From: Gammaproteobacteria bacterium | Lineage (GTDB): Bacteria; Pseudomonadota; Gammaproteobacteria; JBCCGL01 | Direction: 5' to 3' | DNA: 64,000 bases | Assembly (NCBI GenBank): GCA_965277715.1 | Contig: OZ255836.1 | Location: forward strand, 960,001 to 1,024,000 | Shown here: positions 32,232-41,342 of the stretch, piece by piece | Layout: every line of letters begins with the position of its first letter | Position numbering within the stretch: the stretch's first letter is position 1 | Translations under genes and position numbers: made by a program | The notes under the pieces: generated by a model | What the model was told of the DNA's origin: nothing | Database searches by the model: none | Seen by the model: the letters and a program-made list of their open reading frames with translations, nothing else

Positions 32232-32771
32232 TTATGTCTTGCTTTTGGCCTGTTTTTCAGCCTCTCGCCGCCTGCGTTTTTCTATTGCTTTGTGGATAAA
32301 AAAACGCCAGCTCAGCTGCACACTCACATACCCTATGGCCGCACTGACGATTGCCAATATCAGGCAACCCAGTAACAACGGCTCCCATATTTGACCCAGT
32401 GTATTGGTGAACCACTCTTTACTGATAGTAAACGTGACAATTTTTACATCGTCCTGTAACACCCAGGCGCCGAATAGATAGGCGCCAAAAAACATGGGCG
32501 GGGCGGTAATTGGGTTAGTAATCCATGTAGTGGTGACCGCCAACGGCAGGTTAGCGCGGCAGGGAATCGCGGCAATGGCCACCAACAGCATTTGCATCGG
32601 CAGCGGGAACCACATGGCAAACAACCCCAGCGCCAGTGCATTAGCGATCGAACGACGGTTAAAATGCCACAGGCGGGTATCGTGCAGCACCGTGCCCAGG
32701 CAGCGCAGGCTGCGGGAATTATGGATAGTGTGTTTATCCGGCAAATACTGTCGGATGCGGTTTTTTATCAT
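32232..32771 (-). CDS. DUF2062 membrane protein
   Basis: LWHFNRRSIA, PLPMQM, WITNPIT motifs; context between lolD and comEC. Confidence 0.88.
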   Translation of the reverse strand: MIKNRIRQYLPDKHTIHNSRSLRCLGTVLHDTRLWHFNRRSIANALALGLFAMWFPLPMQMLLVAIAAIPCRANLPLAVTTTWITNPITAPPMFFGAYLFGAWVLQDDVKIVTFTISKEWFTNTLGQIWEPLLLGCLILAIVSAAIGYVSVQLSWRFFIHKAIEKRRRREAEKQAKSKT

Positions 32772-32881
32772 GGACGACTATCGGCACTGATTACATTTAG
32801 CTGTAGCGGACGACGGGGTCGTCTATTAGATTGGGGAGGCGAGAATATCATGGTTTCTCGGTGAAAAGAGGGTAACTTATT

Positions 32882-32915
32882 GCCTGCCGGGTTTAATGGG
32901 CCTGCCGGGTTTAAT
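32882..32915. repeat. Tandem direct repeat gcctgccgggtttaat x2 (18-bp period)
   Basis: Exact 16-bp copies at 32882-32897 and 32900-32915. Confidence 0.9.
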
Positions 32916-32940
32916 AGAGTGTTGTTTTTAATAAAAAATT

Positions 32941-33127
32941 TATAATCCTAAATGCCGCAGTTGAATTGTAGCGAGGGCGTCCAAGGTGCTGAAGATGAAG
33001 TGTTTTTACCCGCATTTTAGCCATCCTGTAGTGATTCTACAGGTGAAGCTGAAATGCGGGTAAAAGTGCTTTAGATTCTGTGCATTGGGTGCTCGCAGTA
33101 GATGCAACTGCGGCATTTAGGATAATA
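32941..33127. mobile_element. MITE-like nested palindromic element (187 bp, TA-flanked)
   Basis: Perfect 19-bp inverted repeat ATCCTAAATGCCGCAGTTG (32945-32963 / 33105-33123), TA at both ends, concentric inner hairpin 33004-33065, no coding capacity. Confidence 0.65.
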
Positions 33128-33155
33128 TTAAGTACTTTCAAAAAGGAATAACACA

Positions 33156-35492
33156 ATGGCGTTTGCAGGGATAGCATTTCTAATCGGCGTACTGCTTGCA
33201 CAACAGCTCCAGGTATTGCCGGGCATTGGCTGGGTGGCCACAAGTGCCGGTGCCGGTCTGTGCTTATTGATTCATCCTGCACTGCGCTTTCCCGCGCTGA
33301 TTTTACTGGGCTTTAGCTGGACGCTTACCTGCGCTCAATCACAGCTTGACCAACAACTGTCTGCAGGGCTAGAGGGCCAAACTATTTCTGTGGTGGGGGT
33401 TATCGCCGGCCTGCCTGACAGTAAGGCCAAACGCGTGCGGTTTTTGTTTGATATAGACACCATTACCTTTGCCGATAACACGTTAAAACAAAACCTCCGT
33501 GTGCGACTCAGTTGGTATGGTAGGGCGGCCCCTATAAACGTCGGTGAGCGCTGGCAGTTGGCCGTGCGCCTGAAACGGCCACATGGTTTCAGTAACCCCG
33601 GTGGTTTTGATTACGAAAAATGGCTGTTTCAAAAAGGCATAAATGCCACAGGCTATGTATTCAATAAAGGGGAAACCACACGTTTACAGGCGGCGGGCTG
33701 GCGTTATTTAAGTGGCCAGCTACGCCAGTACCTCGCTGAAAAAATCAACCGTATCGCCGCTCATCTCGACCATCGTGGCACTTTGCTGGCGCTGTCAATC
33801 GGTGATCGATCCGGTATCGACAGGAAGGATTGGCAGCGTTTAACCGATACAGGCACCAATCATCTCTTCGCAATATCCGGGCTGCATATTGGGTTAATGT
33901 CATTGTTGGCGTATTACCTGGCTGGGGTTTGTTGGCGCTTGAGTCCACTATTGTACAAACACCTTAGCCAGGGGAGCTTTGCCTGTGGCTGGGCGATAGT
34001 GCTGGCCAGCCTGTACGCAATGATGGCGGGGTTTGCACTGCCCACGCAACGCGCTTTGATTATGCTGCTGGTGCCCGCATTTGCCGTTTTGTGTCGTCGC
34101 CGTGTACCGCCACTGGCGGGCATCGGCACGGCGCTGCTATTGGTGTTGGTATTCGACCCTATGTCAACTTTATCCCCTGGGTTCTGGTTGTCGTTTGCCG
34201 CTGTTGGGGTGATTATTTTTAGCATGGCAGGGCGTGTATCACCCGCTCCCTGGTGGCAAAAAGTAGTGGGTTTGCAAATAGCGGTGTCGATTGGCCTGTC
34301 GCCTCTATTGCTGGCGGAATTTGGCCAGGTGCCCAGTGCTTCGGGGGTCGCTAACCTGTTCGCTGTTCCCTGGGTGAGTTTTATCGTGGTGCCGTTGACG
34401 CTGTTGGGCGTGGCTGCCTCTCTGGTTAATGAAACGGTGGCCGCTGGTTTGTTTCAACTTGCCGATTACGCTGTCGCTGTGTTTTGGTTTGCACTGATAA
34501 AGATTGAATCGGGTGGATGGTTTCCGGTGTTATCCCTCAACGCATCGGCACCCGTCGTGCTGTTTGCCAGCTTTGGCGTCGCTTTGCTATTGATCCCGCG
34601 CGGTTCCGGTTTACGCCCGTTATCGATCGTGTTGCTGTTGCCATTGCTCAGTGTCTCTGAACGGGATATGTCGCCGGGGGATATACGCGTCTATGCACTC
34701 GATGTCGGGCAGGGGTTATCGGTTATTGTGCAGACGCAGCATAAGACCCTGGTATACGACACCGGGGGGCGGTTCTCCGCTACGTTTGATGCGGGTGATG
34801 CCGTGCTGGTGCCCGCGCTGAAAGCGTTAAATGTGGCGATAGTTGATAAAGTGATTGTCTCCCACGCCGACCTCGACCACCGGGGTGGTTTACCGTCATT
34901 GCTCGAACAGCGGGTGGTGCGGGAGATACTGTCGAGCGACCCCAAAGCGCTTAAATTAACCGCGAAAGTGGCGGCGTCCAATACCTGCATCCGGGGTCAA
35001 CACTGGCAGTGGGATAGTGTTGATTTTGATGTGCTATACCCCACCGAACACACCAATTTTACCGGCACCAATAATCGCTCCTGTGTCGTGCGAATCACCT
35101 CGGGCGATGCCTCGGTATTACTGCCGGGTGATATAGAGCAGGCGGCTGAGCAGGTGTTGCTGCCATTGGGCAGTGTGTCTGCCGATATTGTGTTCGCCCC
35201 GCATCACGGTAGCAAAACCTCTTCTTCACCGGCATTTGTCGCGGCGGTTAACCCGCTCCATGTGGTCTATGCAGTGGGTTACCGCAACCCATTTGGTTTT
35301 CCCAAACAGCTTGTTACCCAGCGGTATCACCAGATTGGCGCGACGGCCTGGCGCACGGACCACCACGGTGCTGTGGTGTTTGAATGGTCGAAGAAGGCCA
35401 GGCGCTGGTCAGTTTATGCCCAGCGCAACCGGAATCAACGGTTTTGGCACAATAAACCCAATGATCCTGCGTTCACCACCACGCGTGAATGA
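33156..35492 (+). CDS. comEC: DNA internalization competence protein ComEC/Rec2
   Basis: NPGGFDYE, HLFAISGLHIG, LDVGQG, SHADLDHRGG, PHHGSKTSS. Confidence 0.95.
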   Translation: MAFAGIAFLIGVLLAQQLQVLPGIGWVATSAGAGLCLLIHPALRFPALILLGFSWTLTCAQSQLDQQLSAGLEGQTISVVGVIAGLPDSKAKRVRFLFDIDTITFADNTLKQNLRVRLSWYGRAAPINVGERWQLAVRLKRPHGFSNPGGFDYEKWLFQKGINATGYVFNKGETTRLQAAGWRYLSGQLRQYLAEKINRIAAHLDHRGTLLALSIGDRSGIDRKDWQRLTDTGTNHLFAISGLHIGLMSLLAYYLAGVCWRLSPLLYKHLSQGSFACGWAIVLASLYAMMAGFALPTQRALIMLLVPAFAVLCRRRVPPLAGIGTALLLVLVFDPMSTLSPGFWLSFAAVGVIIFSMAGRVSPAPWWQKVVGLQIAVSIGLSPLLLAEFGQVPSASGVANLFAVPWVSFIVVPLTLLGVAASLVNETVAAGLFQLADYAVAVFWFALIKIESGGWFPVLSLNASAPVVLFASFGVALLLIPRGSGLRPLSIVLLLPLLSVSERDMSPGDIRVYALDVGQGLSVIVQTQHKTLVYDTGGRFSATFDAGDAVLVPALKALNVAIVDKVIVSHADLDHRGGLPSLLEQRVVREILSSDPKALKLTAKVAASNTCIRGQHWQWDSVDFDVLYPTEHTNFTGTNNRSCVVRITSGDASVLLPGDIEQAAEQVLLPLGSVSADIVFAPHHGSKTSSSPAFVAAVNPLHVVYAVGYRNPFGFPKQLVTQRYHQIGATAWRTDHHGAVVFEWSKKARRWSVYAQRNRNQRFWHNKPNDPAFTTTRE

Positions 35493-36175
35493 AGTATGAT
35501 TCACTGTTAAACCGGTATCAGAGGAAACAGTGCGTGTATGAACTTGTAACCGCAGGTGGCTGGCTTATGTTGCCAATAGTAATGTGTTCAATAGTGGCGG
35601 TGGCGATTATTATCGAACGCTTCTGGATGCTGCGTAGCGCACGGGTACTGCCCAAAAACCTGGTCAGTAATACCCGCCGCCTGGTTAACAACACCAGGCT
35701 GACTGAAGACCACCTGCTCGCCCTGCAACAAGGCTCCCCGCTGGGGCGCATTCTTGCCACCGGGCTGATCAATCGTCGCCAGGACAGGGATATACTGAAA
35801 AGCACTATCGAAGACATTGGGCGTCACGTGGCCCATGATCTTGAACGCTTTCTCAACGCCCTGGGCACTATCGCGGCGGTGACGCCACTGCTCGGTTTAC
35901 TGGGCACGGTTGTCGGTATGATCAGTGTATTCACCACCATCACCAATGTCGGCGTCGGTGACCCAGGCGAGTTGGCCGGAGGGATTTCCCAGGCATTGAT
36001 TACCACCGCCGGTGGCTTGTCGGTAGCGATTCCCACACTGATGTTTCACCGCTACTTTCGCGCCAAAATCGACGGCCTGGTGATCGATATGGAACAGCAG
36101 GCGATTAAACTGGTTGAACTGCTACACGAGGAAGCGTACAGCGAGAGCGCCCAAGGTGAAGGGTCTGCCACGTGA
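35489..36175 (+). CDS. MotA/TolQ/ExbB proton channel protein
   Basis: PLLGLLGTVVGMI, LAGGISQALITTA; true start may be the GTG a few codons downstream. Confidence 0.9.
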   Translation: MKYDSLLNRYQRKQCVYELVTAGGWLMLPIVMCSIVAVAIIIERFWMLRSARVLPKNLVSNTRRLVNNTRLTEDHLLALQQGSPLGRILATGLINRRQDRDILKSTIEDIGRHVAHDLERFLNALGTIAAVTPLLGLLGTVVGMISVFTTITNVGVGDPGELAGGISQALITTAGGLSVAIPTLMFHRYFRAKIDGLVIDMEQQAIKLVELLHEEAYSESAQGEGSAT

Positions 36176-36600
36176 ACTTCCGCTCGCGGAACCGGGGTGA
36201 GCTCGACGTCAATATCACCCCGTTGATCGATGTTGTCTTTCTATTGCTGATATTTTTTATGGTGTCCACCACCTTTCAAAAAAAATCAGAACTCAGTGTA
36301 CAGTTGCCTTCGGCAACGACACAGACCGTTGAGTCGACGTCGCCCATTGAAATTGTGATAAATCCGGTAGGTGAATACTTTGTTTCCGGTAAAGCACTGG
36401 TGAATAATAAAAAATCCACACTGCGTACAGCATTGATTGAAGTTACTGGGGGGCGCATCGATATACCCCTGGTGCTCCGCGCCGATGCGCGCTCGCCGCA
36501 CCAGTCAGTGGTTACAGTAATGGATATTGCGGCACAACTGGGCCTGGTTAAGCTGTCTATCGCGACTTCGCAAACCGACTCACAGATTGGCGACGAATAA
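36172..36600 (+). CDS. ExbD/TolR biopolymer transport protein
   Basis: NITPLIDVVFLLLIFFMVSTTF. Confidence 0.92.
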   Translation: MNFRSRNRGELDVNITPLIDVVFLLLIFFMVSTTFQKKSELSVQLPSATTQTVESTSPIEIVINPVGEYFVSGKALVNNKKSTLRTALIEVTGGRIDIPLVLRADARSPHQSVVTVMDIAAQLGLVKLSIATSQTDSQIGDE

Positions 36601-38388
36601 ATGCGCTCGACCTCGTCGAAACCGGAGTCAGCCGGTTTGGTTACTTATAAGCGCCTGCTTGTTTATATAAAACCGTACCGTGTTGAGTTTTTTATTGCCA
36701 TTCTCGGCATGGCAGCCCACGGTGTCAGTGTCGCCTGGTTTGCACAAACCATGCAGCCATTGTTAGACGACAGCTTTATCGGCAAAGACCAACAATCCCT
36801 TGTTCTAGTACCCCTGACCATTGTCGGTATTTTTTTACTGCGTGGCGTCGGCAGCTTCTTCGCCGAATACTATATGGCGTTAATTGGCGGCTTTGTCATT
36901 AATAAAATACGCAGTGAGATATTCAATAAATACCTGCACCTGCCTTCGTCTCGCTATGACCATTCATCTTCTGGGGAAATGATTTCGCTGATTTCCTATA
37001 ACGTAGAGCGCGTCTCCAATGCGTCGACCAATGCGCTGACGGTGATTGTGCGCGACAGCGCCACACTAATTGGTTTATTGGCGGTATTGTTCTATCAAAG
37101 CTGGACCCTGGCTATCAGTCTGTTAGTACTGGGTCCCATCGTGATGGTGATTGTGCGCTATGTGAGTAAACGCTTTCGGCGTATCAGTCGCAATATTCAA
37201 ACGTCAATGGGCAAGGTAAGCCACGTTATTGAAGAGGCTGTTGAAAGCCAGCGTGAAATAAAAATATACGGTGGCCAGGCATACGAACAGGAACAGTTTA
37301 ATACCATCAATGAAAGTAACCGTCGGTTGCAAATGAAAATGACGGTAACACGCGCCAGCAGCGTGCCAATTGTGCAGCTTATTATTTCCCTGTTTCTGGC
37401 CGGTATCGTGTATTTGTTTACGCTGGACGCGACATCTGAACAGATTTCACCTGGGGAATTTATTTCATTTATCACCGCTATGGTGTTGTTGTTTCCACCG
37501 CTAAAACAGCTAACCAGTGTTAATGAAACGCTACAACAGGGCATCGCTGCCGGTGAAACAGCATTTGCTTTGCTGGATGAAAAGTCTGAAAACGATCAAG
37601 GCACCAAGGCGATTGACCTGCCTGTCCGGTCAATTACTATTGAAAATTTAAGCTTTCGTTACAGCAGTGACAAAGACCCGGTTTTACGGGGCGTTTCACT
37701 CGACATCAACGCCGGGGAAACCATTGCGCTGGTCGGTCGGTCCGGCAGTGGAAAAACCACCCTGGTCAATCTGCTGGCACGTATGTACCAACATGATGTC
37801 GCGCAGAAAGACAGTGGCGTAATTAAAATTAATGGCATCGATATCGCCGAATTAAGCTTAAAAAACCTGCGCAGTAAAATTGCTTATGTCGGTCAGGATG
37901 TGAAGTTGTTCAACGACACCATCGCACACAATATCGCCTACGGTGCGCTAGATTCCAAATCGTTCGATGACATTAAGGATGCCGCCCACGCCGCCCACGC
38001 CGCCGATTTTATCGAAAAACAACCGCGTGGCTACCAAACCCTGGTAGGTGAAAATGGCGTGATGTTATCGGGTGGTCAACGTCAGCGCATCGCCATCGCC
38101 CGTGCGCTATTAAAAAATGCCCCTATCCTGATACTCGACGAGGCGACCTCAGCGCTGGATACCGAATCTGAACGCAAGGTTCAACAGGGACTTAATCAAT
38201 TGTTGCAAGGGCGCACAACCCTGGTTGTGGCACACCGTTTATCGACCATAGAGCACGCCGATAAAATTGCCGTAATGCATAATGGGGTGCTTGTTGAATT
38301 GGGTCGGCATGAACAATTGCTGGCGCAAAAAGGCCATTATGCCGCCCTTCACGCCATGCAGTTTAAAGAAGCGGGCGACGGGACATAG
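36601..38388 (+). CDS. msbA: Lipid A export ABC transporter MsbA
   Basis: Transmembrane domain plus GRSGSGKTT, LSGGQRQR, LDEATSALD; upstream of lpxK. Confidence 0.95.
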   Translation: MRSTSSKPESAGLVTYKRLLVYIKPYRVEFFIAILGMAAHGVSVAWFAQTMQPLLDDSFIGKDQQSLVLVPLTIVGIFLLRGVGSFFAEYYMALIGGFVINKIRSEIFNKYLHLPSSRYDHSSSGEMISLISYNVERVSNASTNALTVIVRDSATLIGLLAVLFYQSWTLAISLLVLGPIVMVIVRYVSKRFRRISRNIQTSMGKVSHVIEEAVESQREIKIYGGQAYEQEQFNTINESNRRLQMKMTVTRASSVPIVQLIISLFLAGIVYLFTLDATSEQISPGEFISFITAMVLLFPPLKQLTSVNETLQQGIAAGETAFALLDEKSENDQGTKAIDLPVRSITIENLSFRYSSDKDPVLRGVSLDINAGETIALVGRSGSGKTTLVNLLARMYQHDVAQKDSGVIKINGIDIAELSLKNLRSKIAYVGQDVKLFNDTIAHNIAYGALDSKSFDDIKDAAHAAHAADFIEKQPRGYQTLVGENGVMLSGGQRQRIAIARALLKNAPILILDEATSALDTESERKVQQGLNQLLQGRTTLVVAHRLSTIEHADKIAVMHNGVLVELGRHEQLLAQKGHYAALHAMQFKEAGDGT

Positions 38389-38390
38389 CA

Positions 38391-39377
38391 TTGAACCTGG
38401 CAGCACACTGGCAGACAGTAAACTGGCTGAGTTGCCTGTTATTGTGCCCTTCACTGTTGTTTCGCCTGCTGGTATTTATCCGCCGGTATTTATACCGCAA
38501 AGGGTTTTTAACGGTTTACCGGGCTAATATCCCGGTTATTGTGGTGGGTAACATCACCGTTGGCGGAACGGGTAAGACCCCTTTAATCATCAGCATTGCC
38601 CGGTACTTGCAGACACAGGGCTACTCCCCTGCCGTCGTTAGCCGTGGTTATGGCACTGACAATAAAACCCCGCATATCGTGCAGAAGAATGATAAGGCGG
38701 TCGATGTCGGCGATGAGCCGTTATTGATTGCCAGAAGCACAAATATCCCGGTAGTGGTGTGTGCCGACAGACACCTTGCCGTCGATGCGGCCAGCCGGAT
38801 TAATGGCTGTGATGTAGTACTCAGTGACGATGGCCTGCAACACTATGCGATGCACCGCGATATTGAAATCGTTTGCGTCGATGGTGAGCGAATGTTTGGC
38901 AACCGCTTATGCCTGCCCGCCGGACCATTGCGGGAACCGCTCTCAAGATTAGAGTCTGTGGATTTTATATTAAGCAAGCAGCGTGAAAACCCAGCGGCTG
39001 ATAGTTTTAGCCTCAGTGGGGAACAACTGATTGCTTTGAATACCTCTGCACCAGATGAAGTACTGTCATCGTTTGCCGGTCAGCGTGTGCACGCGATTGC
39101 CGGTATTGCCAACCCCAGTGCTTTTTTTGATTTGCTGCGCAATAATCGACTGCGCGTAATCGAACACGCCTTTCCAGACCACCATACATTTGTCGAATCA
39201 GATTTTATTTATAGCGATGACTTAGCGGTTTTAATGACAGAAAAAGATGCGGTCAAATGCACCGATTTTGACCTACCCAACACCTGGTATCTAGCCGTCA
39301 ATGCCGTGTTGCCCGCGCACTTTCTCGAACGCTTCACAGCCGCCCTGGCGGCTTGTGCAACAACGCCAGGAAATTAA
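38391..39377 (+). CDS. lpxK: Tetraacyldisaccharide 4'-kinase
   Basis: VGNITVGGTGKTP, SRGYG, DDGLQHY, PAGPLRE, MTEKDAVK. Confidence 0.96.
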   Translation: MNLAAHWQTVNWLSCLLLCPSLLFRLLVFIRRYLYRKGFLTVYRANIPVIVVGNITVGGTGKTPLIISIARYLQTQGYSPAVVSRGYGTDNKTPHIVQKNDKAVDVGDEPLLIARSTNIPVVVCADRHLAVDAASRINGCDVVLSDDGLQHYAMHRDIEIVCVDGERMFGNRLCLPAGPLREPLSRLESVDFILSKQRENPAADSFSLSGEQLIALNTSAPDEVLSSFAGQRVHAIAGIANPSAFFDLLRNNRLRVIEHAFPDHHTFVESDFIYSDDLAVLMTEKDAVKCTDFDLPNTWYLAVNAVLPAHFLERFTAALAACATTPGN

Positions 39378-39378
39378 T

Positions 39379-40149
39379 ATGCCTGCCCGTACACCGCCTT
39401 TTAAAATAGTCATTCCCGCACGTTACGCTTCACAGCGGTTACCCGGCAAACCCCTGCTAACCATTAACAACAAAACCATGCTGGAACATGTTTACCACTG
39501 CGCCCGGCAAACTGACGCACAGCAAATTGTTATCGCCACAGACGACCAGCGCATCGCCGATGTCGCCAATACATTCACTGACGATATATGCCTGACATCA
39601 CCTGAACACCCCACGGGCACCGACCGCATTGCCGAAGTGGCGACACGCTACGCCTGGGGTGATGAAGTAACCGTGGTCAATCTGCAAGGGGATGAACCGC
39701 TAATGCCCGTCGCCCTGATCAACCAGGTAGCCACTAACCTACACCAGCACAATAACGCCAGCATCGCCACGCTGTGCGCACCATTGGTGAACAGCGAGGA
39801 AATGTCTGACCCATCCAAGGTCAAAGTCGTCTTCGACTCTGCACAAATGGCACTCTATTTCAGCCGCTCAGTTATTCCTTTTTACCGGGCTGAACAAGCG
39901 GAGTACCCAGAAAACTCTTTATTTCGGCATATTGGTTTATATGCTTATCGGGTGAATTTTTTAAAAGCGTTTACCAATATGGTGGCGTGTGAAATAGAAC
40001 AACTGGAGCAACTGGAACAACTGCGTGCACTGTGGTATGGGTATAAAATTCATGTGGACTACGCGGTCGAACTACCCGGCCAGGATGTGAACACACAGGA
40101 AGACCTGGCCTTGGTAGAACGCTTATTTAACCAACACAAACAAGGGTAG
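39379..40149 (+). CDS. kdsB: 3-deoxy-manno-octulosonate cytidylyltransferase
   Basis: IPARYASQRLPGKPL, GTDRIAE, NLQGDEP, EQLEQLRAL. Confidence 0.96.
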   Translation: MPARTPPFKIVIPARYASQRLPGKPLLTINNKTMLEHVYHCARQTDAQQIVIATDDQRIADVANTFTDDICLTSPEHPTGTDRIAEVATRYAWGDEVTVVNLQGDEPLMPVALINQVATNLHQHNNASIATLCAPLVNSEEMSDPSKVKVVFDSAQMALYFSRSVIPFYRAEQAEYPENSLFRHIGLYAYRVNFLKAFTNMVACEIEQLEQLEQLRALWYGYKIHVDYAVELPGQDVNTQEDLALVERLFNQHKQG

Positions 40150-40152
40150 GGC

Positions 40153-40740
40153 GTGGAGAAAAAAATACGTTTACTGGCCAAAGACACCGTCTATAACGGT
40201 TATTTTCAGGTTAACAAATACCATTACCAGCATACCTTGTTTAAAGGAGGATGGAGCGAGCCGCTGGAGCGGGAAATATTTGAGCGTGGTGAAGTGGCCG
40301 CCGTACTGCCGTATGACCCCGCTATCGACGCGGTATTACTGGTTGAACAGTGCCGTACTGGGGCACTGGACTCGGCGTATTCGCCCTGGCTGATGGAAGT
40401 GGTCGCCGGCATTATTGATCCTGGTGAAACGCCGGAGGCGGTGGTAAAGCGTGAAGCGGTGGAAGAGGCGGGTTGCGTATTGGGCAAACTGACGCGGATA
40501 GCTGAATTTTTTGTCAGCCCTGGTGGTTCGAGTGAGTTGGCTTATTTGTATTTTGCTACATGCAAACTACATGAAGTGAGTGGCATTCATGGCCTGGCTG
40601 AAGAGGGCGAGGATATTGCCACGCACATTATCCCGCGTGAACAGGCATTTTCCATGCTGGAACAAGGGGTGTTTAGTAGCACTAAAGTCATTATTGCCTT
40701 GCAGTGGTTTGCGTTAAATTACCGTAACTATCTAGCTTAA
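40153..40740 (+). CDS. nudF: ADP-ribose pyrophosphatase (Nudix)
   Basis: Nudix box AGIIDPGETPEAVVKREAVEEAG, SPGG, HGLAEEGEDI. Confidence 0.9.
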   Translation: MEKKIRLLAKDTVYNGYFQVNKYHYQHTLFKGGWSEPLEREIFERGEVAAVLPYDPAIDAVLLVEQCRTGALDSAYSPWLMEVVAGIIDPGETPEAVVKREAVEEAGCVLGKLTRIAEFFVSPGGSSELAYLYFATCKLHEVSGIHGLAEEGEDIATHIIPREQAFSMLEQGVFSSTKVIIALQWFALNYRNYLA

Positions 40741-40833
40741 TTTAATAAATACTTTCAATAAGTTATTTTACTTACTTAATATATTATCTTATTCATATAT
40801 CCAGATGAATCAATGGTGACAGGTAGTCTTTGG

Positions 40834-40878
40834 TTATTTGGTATTGTTTGTCGTTACGCTGGTATCAACAAGGGTCAC
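40834..40878 (-). pseudogene. vapC (PIN toxin) 5' stub
   Basis: GTG overlapping the vapB TGA (GTGA) reads MTLVDTSV, the PIN N-terminal motif, then stops after 14 codons. Confidence 0.65.
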
Positions 40879-41111
40879 TCTGCCGATCTCATCACGCTTA
40901 AATCGCCTTCCCATTGAATTTTGCCTTTCAGACTTAACAACCTGTATTGTTGTTTGTGGCGTACAAGTTCATGTAGGGCGTGCTCAATCAGTTCACGGCG
41001 TGTCTTGATACCAGTGAATTGCAGCGCTTGCTCTAGTAGTTGTTTGTTCAAGACGACGTTGGTGCGGATATGCGTGTCGTTCATAGGAATCTCTATGGAA
41101 TCTCTATTCAA
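40875..41111 (-). CDS. vapB: VapB-family antitoxin (start uncertain)
   Basis: RTNVVLNKQLLEQAL..TGIKTRRELIEHALHELV..LLSLKGKIQWEGDL. Confidence 0.8.
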   Translation of the reverse strand: MNRDSIEIPMNDTHIRTNVVLNKQLLEQALQFTGIKTRRELIEHALHELVRHKQQYRLLSLKGKIQWEGDLSVMRSAE

Positions 41112-41201
41112 TGTTATTTATCAAATATACACTTTTTTTTCAGAATTTGGTGTACTCACGACCAGACTTTGAGGATATCGGTTTCTATCGCTATTCGTAA
41201 T

Positions 41202-41229
41202 AGTTCGCATAATGTATATTATGTTAAAT
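41202..41229 (+). other. dif: dif chromosome dimer resolution site (XerC/XerD)
   Basis: AGTTCGCATAA-TGTATA-TTATGTTAAAT; XerD arm and spacer identical to E. coli dif, XerC arm matches 9 of 11; intergenic. Confidence 0.93.
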
Positions 41230-41342
41230 AATAAAAACTACAGGCTGAGCTTTCGTGAGGCCAATAATGCACTTTTGTTATATATATGCACTCAGCGCTA
41301 CACTACACTTCTTTTGCCAAAATAGTGATTAAACATCTAATA

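Noticed and set aside
37981-38007. 9-bp repeat gccgcccac in msbA
   Set aside because: Encodes the ordinary AAHAAHAA helix of the nucleotide-binding domain
40760-40795. Second dif-like site (aatata-ttatcttattc) left of vapB
   Set aside because: The XerD arm matches only 7 of 11 in very AT-rich DNA and there is no credible XerC arm
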